Part shown: positions 39,894 to 48,121 of the stretch, piece by piece
How the letters are laid out: every line of letters starts with the position of its first letter
Position numbering within the stretch: the stretch's first letter is position 1
IMG/VR virus record: IMGVR_UViG_3300027260_000002
Strand: one strand, 5' to 3'
Length of the DNA stretch: 64,000 nt
Source of the DNA: a virus
Lineage: Duplodnaviria > Heunggongvirae > Uroviricota > Caudoviricetes
Notes under the pieces: generated by a model
Databases searched by the model: none
What the model was told of the DNA's origin: nothing
Seen by the model: only the letters and a program-made list of their open reading frames with translations
Translations under genes and position numbers: made by a program

Positions 39894-42800
39894 ATGGCAA
39901 CTCCAAATAATTTTCGCGTTAAGAACGGCTTAACTGCCGCAAATGGTGTAACGGTTACTACAGGAAACGTAGTAATTTCGAATGGTCAGCTCGTAATTAA
40001 TGGCACTGCCATTAACTCGACTAGCATCAGTCAATCTGCAAACAATGCATACGCTAACGGCGTGAACTATGCAGACGGTAAAGCCTCAGATGCTTACGGT
40101 AATGCCGTAGCAGTCGCGACAGGCTCATCGACAAATGCATATAATAATGCTGTTGCCTTCGCTGCGAATGCCGACAATCTCACAACTGGAACGCTTTCTC
40201 TGAATCGTCTTCCTGCGACAGTGAACGTATCTGTTGCGCTGAATGTTACAAACACTGTTAACATTTCAACAAGTAACTTAACAGTTTCACAAGCGAATGA
40301 TGTTGCCACTTTGACCGGAACACAGCTCGCAATCACTGATAGTTTGACTGAAACCGGGAACACCTATTACGCCGAGATATCTCATGATGAGTTGATTACA
40401 TCGAAGACATATGTTGTCGCTAATGTAACCTATGCAGATTACGGACAGATGTCACGAACAGGCATGTTTGCGGTTGTAGGTTTAAACACGACTAACAATT
40501 CGATCTATGTTCGAGGTGTCACAGTCAATACCTCGGTGATCGCAATCGGAAATACTACAGTATCCAGCTTCATCAACTCTACCGCTTTTTCTGGTAACGG
40601 CGCATCACTTACTTCTGTAAATGCTGCTACAGTTGGTGGCAACTCTGCTTCTGATCTTCGAACATATGCAGAAACGTATGCATCGAATGCCACGAATATT
40701 ACTTCAGGTACTGTGAATTCTGCACGTCTTCCATCAGCGAATGATACGACAGCGGGCGCAGTCATTCTTGTTAACTCAGTAACAAACACTTCTATTACCG
40801 CAGCAGCTTCTGCCAACTCGGTAAAAACTGCTTATGATGCTGCGATCGCCGCCAATACGGCTGGAGGAACTGCAGCAGCAACGGCTTATAGTAACGGTGT
40901 AACGTATACTGATAATAAGGCAGCAAACGCATACTCTAACGCTATTGCTATCGCAGCGAATGCCACGAATCTGACTTCTGGTACAGTAAACATTGCTCGT
41001 ATTCCAACAGTCGACGCAGTCAATAACACTTCGATTACACTGATTCCAGTGGCTAATAATGTGAAGACTGCTTATGACGCTGCTATTACTGCAAATACAA
41101 ATGCCGCTTCTGCTCTTGCAAATGCTGCCACAGCATATACGAATGCTATCGCAATTGCTGCGAATGCAACCAATCTGACTTCTGGTACAGTTAACGCCGC
41201 GCGCCTTCCATCAGCAAATGCTACTGTAGCAGGCGCAACACTTCTTGTCGATTCAGTATCGAATACTTCGCCGACTGCTGCAGCTTCTGCCAACTCTGTC
41301 AAGACAGCTTATGATGCAGCGATTGATGCTAATACTCGTGCAACTAGCGCTCAGACCGCAGCAACTTCAGCATATTCAAACGCGGTAACTTACACAGATA
41401 CGAAGATCGGAACAGCAAATACGGCAATGGTCGCGAATGCGGGAGCTGCATATACCAATGCAATTGCCATTGCTGCCAATGCGACCAATCTCACTTCTGG
41501 TACTGTAGCACTTGCTAGACTTCCAACAGTTGATGCGATCAATAATACTTCGATTACATTGATTCCAGTAGCAAATAACGTGAAGACTGCATATGATGCG
41601 GCTATCACTGCCAATACAAACGCTCAAACAGCACTCACTGCCGCAGGTTCTGCATATAGTAACGGTGTCACATATACTGATACGAAGATTGGAACTGCGA
41701 ATACTGCAATGGTAGCCAACGCTGCCGCCGCTTATACGAATGCTATCGCATTTGCAGCGAATGCTTCGAATGCAAACAACGGCACTCTTGCCGAAGCACG
41801 TCTTCCATATCGTATGGATCAAAATCTGAGAACAACAGATTCTCCAACTTTTGCGAATGGCTCGTTTACTGGTTCAGTGTCAGTCGGTGGAAGCCTTACA
41901 ATTACTGGTAACCTGATTTCAACTAACGTACAAACTCTTTCTGTTGCCGATCCTCTGATTAAATTAGCTGTGAATAACCCGAGCGACTTGCTTTGGATTG
42001 GATTCACTGGTCACTATAGTGGATCAGGTAATACAACAAATCATGCTGGTCTTGTTCGTAGTCCAGATACAAAAGAATTCATCCTCATGTCGACATATGG
42101 AGATGAAACGGCTGTTGCAAATAATAATACGATCAACGTCGCCGACGCATCGTTTTCGTATGCAAACTTGCAAGTCAGCTTATTAAAAGCTGGTAATGCC
42201 ACGGTATTCTCTACGATCAATTCTACGGCATTCAGTCAAACTGCTAACAATGCGACGAATCTTGGTGGACAAGCTGCAGCTTATTATACCGATGCTACAA
42301 ATATCAGTACAGGCACACTTCCTTTTGCAAGATTGCCTTCGTTGTTTATTGGAACAACTGCAATTCAGTCTACAAGTGCCGCCCAAGCAGTAAGCGGTAT
42401 CACTACACTTGCCGCTGGTAACACTACGATTACTGGAAACATTAGCGTTACGAGCGTTGGTAGTTTTGATAGAATAACTACTGCTAATAATGGTTCTGGA
42501 ACAAATATTGGCATCGGTGATGACGCGTGGTTCGGTGACATTAATCAGGCCGATACTGTCTCTATTCGCGGCAATCAATCTGCTAACAACGGTTATATCG
42601 TATTTGGTAATGCTGATAGCACCACTAAACTTGGTAGAGCTGGAACTGGAGCGCTTACTTACAACGGCGCATTCAGTGTTACAGGCGGACTAACTACACT
42701 GTCAGCAAACCTTGTGATGGCAAACAACAACATCACGAATCCAACTCTGACAGGTTACACCGAATCTGAAGTCTCGAATACAGCTGTCACAGGAACATAC

Positions 42801-43088
42801 ACTCTTAACTGTGTTGCTTCTAACTTCTGGGATCTTACACTTACTGGAAATACAACCATCTCTCCAACAGGTGTTCCACCGGCTACAAGAATGTGGGCAG
42901 GAACGATCGCCGCGAAGCAAGATGCAACAGGAGGTCGTACGATCACATGGCCTACAGGATCGAAGTATCCTGGAGGAGTTGCTCCTCCTGCAACGACAAC
43001 TGCGAATGCTATCGACATCTGGTCACTTATGACTTATGACGGCGGTACTTCTTGGATTGTTTCTCTGACGGTGAAGGGCGCCGCATAA
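39894..43088 (+). CDS. Long tail-fibre-like protein with ABAB internal repeats
   Basis: N-terminal NFRVKNGL; repeats ATN.TSGTV..AR.P...NTS.....AN.VKTAYDAA (fibre-repeat-like); C-terminal QDATGGRTITWP....YPGG..P..T..AN.ID...L.TYDGG..W. Confidence 0.78.
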   Translation: MATPNNFRVKNGLTAANGVTVTTGNVVISNGQLVINGTAINSTSISQSANNAYANGVNYADGKASDAYGNAVAVATGSSTNAYNNAVAFAANADNLTTGTLSLNRLPATVNVSVALNVTNTVNISTSNLTVSQANDVATLTGTQLAITDSLTETGNTYYAEISHDELITSKTYVVANVTYADYGQMSRTGMFAVVGLNTTNNSIYVRGVTVNTSVIAIGNTTVSSFINSTAFSGNGASLTSVNAATVGGNSASDLRTYAETYASNATNITSGTVNSARLPSANDTTAGAVILVNSVTNTSITAAASANSVKTAYDAAIAANTAGGTAAATAYSNGVTYTDNKAANAYSNAIAIAANATNLTSGTVNIARIPTVDAVNNTSITLIPVANNVKTAYDAAITANTNAASALANAATAYTNAIAIAANATNLTSGTVNAARLPSANATVAGATLLVDSVSNTSPTAAASANSVKTAYDAAIDANTRATSAQTAATSAYSNAVTYTDTKIGTANTAMVANAGAAYTNAIAIAANATNLTSGTVALARLPTVDAINNTSITLIPVANNVKTAYDAAITANTNAQTALTAAGSAYSNGVTYTDTKIGTANTAMVANAAAAYTNAIAFAANASNANNGTLAEARLPYRMDQNLRTTDSPTFANGSFTGSVSVGGSLTITGNLISTNVQTLSVADPLIKLAVNNPSDLLWIGFTGHYSGSGNTTNHAGLVRSPDTKEFILMSTYGDETAVANNNTINVADASFSYANLQVSLLKAGNATVFSTINSTAFSQTANNATNLGGQAAAYYTDATNISTGTLPFARLPSLFIGTTAIQSTSAAQAVSGITTLAAGNTTITGNISVTSVGSFDRITTANNGSGTNIGIGDDAWFGDINQADTVSIRGNQSANNGYIVFGNADSTTKLGRAGTGALTYNGAFSVTGGLTTLSANLVMANNNITNPTLTGYTESEVSNTAVTGTYTLNCVASNFWDLTLTGNTTISPTGVPPATRMWAGTIAAKQDATGGRTITWPTGSKYPGGVAPPATTTANAIDIWSLMTYDGGTSWIVSLTVKGAA
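40689..41810 (+). repeat. Four alternating (A-B-A-B) coding repeats plus a degenerate fifth start
   Basis: Units begin at about 40689, 40962, 41166 and 41481. A units read ARLPSA...AAASANSVKTAYD; B units read AR(I/L)PTVDA.NNTSITLIPVANNVKTAYD. Confidence 0.8.
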
Positions 43089-44968
43089 TGAGTATTGGTG
43101 GTGGTTCAAAGTTTACATTAGAGAAAACGTGGCGTGGAGCTGGAACTGGAACGACTAAGTTTAACAGTCCAGGAAACATCGCGATTCCTTATGGTAGAAA
43201 CAGCGTTCTTGTTTCTGGCCGAGGTGGCACAGGAACTGCACTCGTTCCTGGTCCTGGAACCGGCAACTTTAACATTGTAGCAGGTAATGCCACTGGAACG
43301 TTTAACGTAATTCCTGGTAATGCCACTGGCACTTTCAATATCGTACCTGGTAATGCGACTGGTACTTTCAACATCGTGCCCGGAAATATTGCCAACTACA
43401 ACATTATCTTTCCTCAGACCGGTACATTCAACATCATATTCCCCGGAACCGGTGTGTATAACATCATTCCTGGTCCTGGAACTGGCACCTTTAACATTGT
43501 GCCAGGAAATTCCACTGGTACGTTTAACATCGTTCCAGGAAATGCGACCGGTACGTTTAACAAAGTTCCTGGCACTGGCGTTAGTTTCAATATCGTTCCA
43601 GGTAATGCGACTGGTACATTTAACATTGTAGCTGGTAATGCCACTGGTACTTTCAATATCGTACCAGGAAATATTGCTAACTACAACATCATTTTCCCAG
43701 GAACTGGCACCTTTAACAAAGTTCCAGGTAATATCTCTGGTTACAACATCATTTTCCCAGGAACAGGTACGTTTAACATCGTTGCTGGAACAGGAACAGG
43801 TACGTTTAATAAAGTTCCTGGTCCTGGAACTGGCACTTTTAATATTGTGCCAGGAAATTCCACTGGTACGTTTAACGTTGTTCCAGGCAACGTGTCAGGA
43901 TATAACGTCGTTCCAGGTAACGTGGCAGGATATAACGTCGTTCCAGGTAACGTGGTAGGTTATAATGTCGTGCCAGGTACCGGCACAGGCAATTATAATG
44001 CTACTCCGGGCAATAAAGCTACCAATGCATTTGTCAGTCCAAAATATGGATATACACCGGCTTTTTATAATGCTCCATCTCCTGGGCCTCAGAACTTTAA
44101 CGCGCCTTCGAATGGTCCTGCAAACTTTAATGCTCCTTCAAATGGTCCAGCAAACTTCAATGCGGCTAGCAACGGCCCAGCAAACTTCAATGCGGCGAGT
44201 AATGGTCCTGCAAACTTTAACGCTGCAACGAACGGTCCTCAGAATTTCAATGCACCGACTAATGGCCCTCAAAACTTTAACCCTGCTACCAACGGTCCTC
44301 AAAACTTCAACGTAGCAAACGGTCCAGCAAACTACAATGCACCTACTAACGGTCCTCAAAACTTCAACGTAGCAAACGGTCCAGCAAACTACAATGCTCC
44401 GACTGGAGGTCCTCAAAACTTTAATGCACCTACAAATGGTCCTCAGAATTTCAATCCTGCTACCAACGGTCCACAAAACTTTAATGCACCAACCAATGGT
44501 CCTCAGAACTTTAACCCTGCGACTAACGGGCCTGCAAACTTTAATCCAGCTACCAATGGTCCTCAAAACTTCAATGCACCGACTAATGGTCCACAGAACT
44601 TTAACGTAGCAAACGGTCCACAAAACTTTAACGTAGCAAACGGTCCAGCAAACTACAATGCACCTACTAACGGTCCACAAAACTTTAATCCTGCTACCAA
44701 CGGTCCACAAAACTTCAATCCTGCAAACAATGGGCCTCAGAACTTTAACCCTGCTACCAACGGTCCTCAGAACTTTAATACACCAACTCCAGCTGTTCCT
44801 GGAAATCCATCGAATACGCTTGGTATTACTTTCCCAGGATCAAATGCTGGGGGCACACCTGCACCAGTAATAAATAGTCAGACGGCAAGTTACTATGCTT
44901 ATCCCGACGGAGCTACGCATTCGGTAACTGTAGCGCCCGGAGGATATATAGATATTACCATTGAATAA
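43088..44968 (+). CDS. Fibre-associated Gly/Asn/Pro-rich protein: small split domain enclosing two mirror-related repeat arrays
   Basis: True start is probably ATG 43088 (TAATG overlap with the fibre gene). N-terminal TTKFNSPGNIAIPYG..SV.VSGRGG and C-terminal GITFPG..AGG...VTVAPGGYIDITIE look like two halves of one Gly-rich adhesin-type domain. Confidence 0.85.
   Translation: MSIGGGSKFTLEKTWRGAGTGTTKFNSPGNIAIPYGRNSVLVSGRGGTGTALVPGPGTGNFNIVAGNATGTFNVIPGNATGTFNIVPGNATGTFNIVPGNIANYNIIFPQTGTFNIIFPGTGVYNIIPGPGTGTFNIVPGNSTGTFNIVPGNATGTFNKVPGTGVSFNIVPGNATGTFNIVAGNATGTFNIVPGNIANYNIIFPGTGTFNKVPGNISGYNIIFPGTGTFNIVAGTGTGTFNKVPGPGTGTFNIVPGNSTGTFNVVPGNVSGYNVVPGNVAGYNVVPGNVVGYNVVPGTGTGNYNATPGNKATNAFVSPKYGYTPAFYNAPSPGPQNFNAPSNGPANFNAPSNGPANFNAASNGPANFNAASNGPANFNAATNGPQNFNAPTNGPQNFNPATNGPQNFNVANGPANYNAPTNGPQNFNVANGPANYNAPTGGPQNFNAPTNGPQNFNPATNGPQNFNAPTNGPQNFNPATNGPANFNPATNGPQNFNAPTNGPQNFNVANGPQNFNVANGPANYNAPTNGPQNFNPATNGPQNFNPANNGPQNFNPATNGPQNFNTPTPAVPGNPSNTLGITFPGSNAGGTPAPVINSQTASYYAYPDGATHSVTVAPGGYIDITIE
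43268..43999 (+). repeat. Array A: 24 units of 10-11 aa, consensus GT(F/Y)NIVPGNAT
   Basis: Counted by hand from the first FN core (TTT 43268) to the last YN core (TAT 43994). Confidence 0.92.
44096..44779 (+). repeat. Array B: 24 units of 9-10 aa, consensus GP(Q/A)N(F/Y)N(AP/PA)TN
   Basis: Counted by hand from TTT 44096 to TTT 44774. One extra YNAPSP half-unit sits in the hinge. Confidence 0.92.
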
Positions 44969-44989
44969 GTGATTTGATAAGGATTTACT

Positions 44990-45583
44990 ATGCCATATAA
45001 TATCCCTAAGTATGGGAAACAATTGAACTGCTTCGCTGTATGGACAGGAGGATTTACTCCTGAAGAAGTCGATATGATTATCGACTTAGAAAAACTTCAA
45101 CAATTTGAAAAAGGTCAAGTTGGGCTCGATAAGAATGCTCCAGCTCCTGCTGAAACGCGAGATTCAGATATCTCATGGATACACCATGATCAACACAGCG
45201 ATTGGTTATTTCAGCGAATGTCAGGAATCGTTTCTGTCGTAAACTACGATAATTTTATGTATGACATCGAAGGCGTCGAAGCTTTTCAATACACAAAGTA
45301 CGGACCAAATCAACACTATACGTGGCACTGGGATGTCGAGTTCGGTTGGCAGAAATATATAAGAAAGATATCTGCATCTCTACTTCTTTCGGATCCAAGT
45401 GAATATGAAGGTGGAGAGTTAGAGATTGTAAACAACGGAAACTTTGAAGACAAAGTTTCGTTTAAACCGAATAAAGGTGATATCGTATTCTTCGCTTCAT
45501 GGATGCCGCATCGAGTGAAGCCAATTACGTCAGGAACTCGTAAGAGTCTTGTAGCATGGGTAATGGGTGAAAGAGAATGTTGA
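44990..45583 (+). CDS. 2OG-Fe(II) oxygenase, prolyl-4-hydroxylase/PKHD-like
   Basis: FQYTKY...HYTWHWD (HxD)...RKIS.S.LLSDP.EYEGGEL...GD..FF.S..PHRV.P.T.G.R.SLV.W (distal His and 2OG-binding Arg). Confidence 0.9.
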   Translation: MPYNIPKYGKQLNCFAVWTGGFTPEEVDMIIDLEKLQQFEKGQVGLDKNAPAPAETRDSDISWIHHDQHSDWLFQRMSGIVSVVNYDNFMYDIEGVEAFQYTKYGPNQHYTWHWDVEFGWQKYIRKISASLLLSDPSEYEGGELEIVNNGNFEDKVSFKPNKGDIVFFASWMPHRVKPITSGTRKSLVAWVMGEREC

Positions 45584-46314
45584 GTTGGAATCCTTTTAAG
45601 AAGAAACCTATCATTGAGTTTTATTGCCATCGTGATGATGTAGCTACATTGCCGCAACCAAAACCTGCAGCTAAACATATACCCGATTGGTATAAGAGAA
45701 TTCCTCCTCTTATTACAGATGGGAATAATGATCGTGACTGGTCTGGATCACACAGTTTTACTGCAAAAAAATGTATGCCAATGATAGACGCCATGTCATT
45801 AGGTTATGTTATTCCTCTTATCGGCGACTTGACAGTCAGATCAAATCACGATTGCAGTACGATTGAAGTGACATCTTCTCCACAGATCAACGTATGTGAG
45901 TTTCATGACATTCGACAACTGGGAGAAAGATCTGCTCCAGGATTTCCTGCGCCTCCTCTCAAGTTTGTCAATCCATGGATCGTAAAGACTGCTCCGGGTT
46001 GGTCTACTCTTTTCGTAGCACCGATTAATAACTTTGAAAGTCATTTTACTTGTCTGTCAGGATTAGTCGATACTGATACGTATCCAAAGGAAGTCAATTT
46101 CCCTGCAATCTGGCATACTCCAAATGCTGACGTACTTCTACCAGCTGGAACTCCATTGATAGTCGCAATTCCAATTAAGCGCGATGCTATCCCATCAAAG
46201 CCTACGGTAAGAGATATGAAAGAACCAGAACAACACTTGATCAATCTCATATCGAAGATGCAAAACACACGCCGAGGTGTATATACAAAAGAACTGAGAG
46301 TACCAAGAAAATGA
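45577..46314 (+). CDS. Conserved phage hypothetical protein (DUF6065-like, possibly dUTPase-like beta fold)
   Basis: P.PA.K.IPDWYK...T.KKC.P..DAM..GY.IP...KF.NPW..KT.PG.S.LF..P...SG.VDTD.Y...NFP...GTP....IP.KR. Confidence 0.65.
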   Translation: MLSWNPFKKKPIIEFYCHRDDVATLPQPKPAAKHIPDWYKRIPPLITDGNNDRDWSGSHSFTAKKCMPMIDAMSLGYVIPLIGDLTVRSNHDCSTIEVTSSPQINVCEFHDIRQLGERSAPGFPAPPLKFVNPWIVKTAPGWSTLFVAPINNFESHFTCLSGLVDTDTYPKEVNFPAIWHTPNADVLLPAGTPLIVAIPIKRDAIPSKPTVRDMKEPEQHLINLISKMQNTRRGVYTKELRVPRK

Positions 46315-47051
46315 AAGATCTGTTTTCTTTTTTAAAACCAAAGAAAGATATTCAATTCGTAGACACTAAAAAGTTATCTTATCATAACTTTTCTGTCGAA
46401 CGCGCCGTTGACGTTCCAACAAATACTCGTAAAGTCCAACAAGACAAGTATGGCAAACATCTGATGCCATACTGTCCTGGAATTTTAGATTATGCCCAAT
46501 TTGGGTATATCATTCCAGCTTGGGTAGACATTCATATCATGGCAAATAAAGCTGGCACTTCTTGGTATTTGGGTGATAGAGGCCCAAGAGGAGATCGTGG
46601 TTTTGACAATGGCGTGAAGATGGATGAAAAGTTTGTAGAAGGCGCATTTACTCCGATTGGAATTAATCCTACTGCAATCTTGTTTCCATCGCCTTGGAAA
46701 ATCTTTACACAAAAAAACATCAGCGCGTTGTTAATGCCTGCATTCTATCATTCTACTTTCCTTGAAGATTTATATGTAACCCCGGGTTTGGTAGATTATA
46801 AAAACTTTCATATCACAAACTTCATCTGTATGCCGAAGAGAGAATGTAATGTTCATATTAAGGCAGGAGATCCTTTGTTACACGTGATTCCTTTTCTCAA
46901 TAAGGATATCACTGCTTCTGTTGGTCCTGCTACTGATGAGATGATAGATAAAACTACAAATCTCATTCCTGGTGACGATAAGCAATACTATCGAAAGTTT
47001 ATGGGAGTGAAAAAGAAATTTAATATGCAAAAAGAAGAGAATAAACAATGA
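46311..47051 (+). CDS. Paralog of the preceding gene
   Basis: CPGI.DY...GYIIP.W...FPSPWKI.T....S.L..P...PG.VD...NF...GDPL..VIPF; same motif order as 45577-46314. Confidence 0.62.
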   Translation: MKDLFSFLKPKKDIQFVDTKKLSYHNFSVERAVDVPTNTRKVQQDKYGKHLMPYCPGILDYAQFGYIIPAWVDIHIMANKAGTSWYLGDRGPRGDRGFDNGVKMDEKFVEGAFTPIGINPTAILFPSPWKIFTQKNISALLMPAFYHSTFLEDLYVTPGLVDYKNFHITNFICMPKRECNVHIKAGDPLLHVIPFLNKDITASVGPATDEMIDKTTNLIPGDDKQYYRKFMGVKKKFNMQKEENKQ

Positions 47052-48070
47052 ACATTTTTGTTTCAGTATGCTCGTACCAAGATCCTTTACTTCCTCATAC
47101 TATCAAGAGTATGATGCAAACCAAATCAAATAGAAACAATGTAGTCTATTCGATCTTTGAACAGACGCGTTATGAGGATTCTTTGGCTTGTACAGAACCT
47201 GTACTCGTAAGCAGAGATGATGTCATCTATAAAAGAATCGATCCTGAATATTCCGATGGTTGTGTTTGGGCAAGATATATTAATATGCTAAACTTGACAA
47301 ACGAGTACGACTTCATCTATCAAGTTGACTCTCATATGTTACACGATCTCAATTGGGATCGCTCTCTCGTGGAAGATTATAAGAGAGCGATGGATATGGC
47401 TGGAACAAATAAAGTAATCATCACTGGATCATGCAAATCATTTTCAATAGAAGAAGTAGATGGCGAGATTAAAACTTATCCTCGTCATGATGAATATGAT
47501 GCTTGTCAAGTCAAGTACTACACTATCGATCCTTATAATTTTATTCCAGATGTTCACGGAGATCAGATTCCATCAACTGATATGCCTCGTCCGGCGTTTC
47601 ATATTATGGCCGGAAACTTCTTTACGCATACCGACTGGATCGATGAAGTCGGTTTAGATCCAAAGATCTTCTTTACAGGAGAAGAAATCATGATGACGAT
47701 GATGTCATATGCTGCTGGATATAAGATGTTTCATCATAGTAAGATAGTATCATATCATCTTGAGAACACCGGGAATTGGCATACGAAAACTCCTCCAGAA
47801 GATGCAAAAGCTGCTCGTAGAAGAGAAATTCTTGCTGAAATTGGTGTGTGGAGATGGAAGCAATATCTCGAAGCGTGTAGAGAAGATCTTCTTCTTGAGT
47901 TTCACAAGGAATTCGGAGTAGATTTTATTAATTTGGAAATTGAAGATCGCGCAAAGACTTATAGTCTTGATGTCATTCCTGGTAAAGTTGATATCCTTGC
48001 TATTTCGAAGAAACCAAAGAAGAAAGTAAAATTGCCTAAAACTCTTTTTATGAGTGAAGACGAAGAATGA
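47048..48070 (+). CDS. GT60 / Gnt1-like GlcNAc-transferase (Pfam GlcNAc family)
   Basis: IFVSVCSYQD (cf. IFVSIASYRD), GCVWAR, YQVDSHM...NWD..L (DSH motif), AGNFF...EVGLDPKIFFTGEEI...GY.MFH. Confidence 0.82.
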   Translation: MNIFVSVCSYQDPLLPHTIKSMMQTKSNRNNVVYSIFEQTRYEDSLACTEPVLVSRDDVIYKRIDPEYSDGCVWARYINMLNLTNEYDFIYQVDSHMLHDLNWDRSLVEDYKRAMDMAGTNKVIITGSCKSFSIEEVDGEIKTYPRHDEYDACQVKYYTIDPYNFIPDVHGDQIPSTDMPRPAFHIMAGNFFTHTDWIDEVGLDPKIFFTGEEIMMTMMSYAAGYKMFHHSKIVSYHLENTGNWHTKTPPEDAKAARRREILAEIGVWRWKQYLEACREDLLLEFHKEFGVDFINLEIEDRAKTYSLDVIPGKVDILAISKKPKKKVKLPKTLFMSEDEE

Positions 48071-48077
48071 TATCTTA

Positions 48078-48085
48078 GATAAATA
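48078..48085 (+). promoter_or_regulatory. Late-promoter-like GATAAATA embedded in an 8-bp inverted repeat (48073-48092)
   Basis: TCTTAGAT-aaat-ATCTAAGA upstream of the desaturase gene. Confidence 0.5.
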
Positions 48086-48121
48086 TCTAAGAAAACTTAT
48101 CAATAAAGAAAGCAATGCTCG

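Noticed and set aside
43052-43087. Track start for the repeat protein (MDCFSD...)
   Set aside because: It overlaps the end of the upstream fibre gene; ATG 43088 fits the TAATG coupling used across this region. Track starts 7317, 50047 and 56321 were shortened for similar reasons.
37022-43088. Diversity-generating retroelement (Mtd-like N-termini, near-duplicate segments)
   Set aside because: No reverse transcriptase is in the window, and the duplicated segments (e.g. ~41020 vs ~41540) differ mainly at synonymous positions rather than specifically at adenines.
43268-44779. 27-33 nt periodic DNA repeats resembling a CRISPR or minisatellite array
   Set aside because: The units are in-frame coding repeats with synonymous variation and no unique spacers; no cas genes are in the window.
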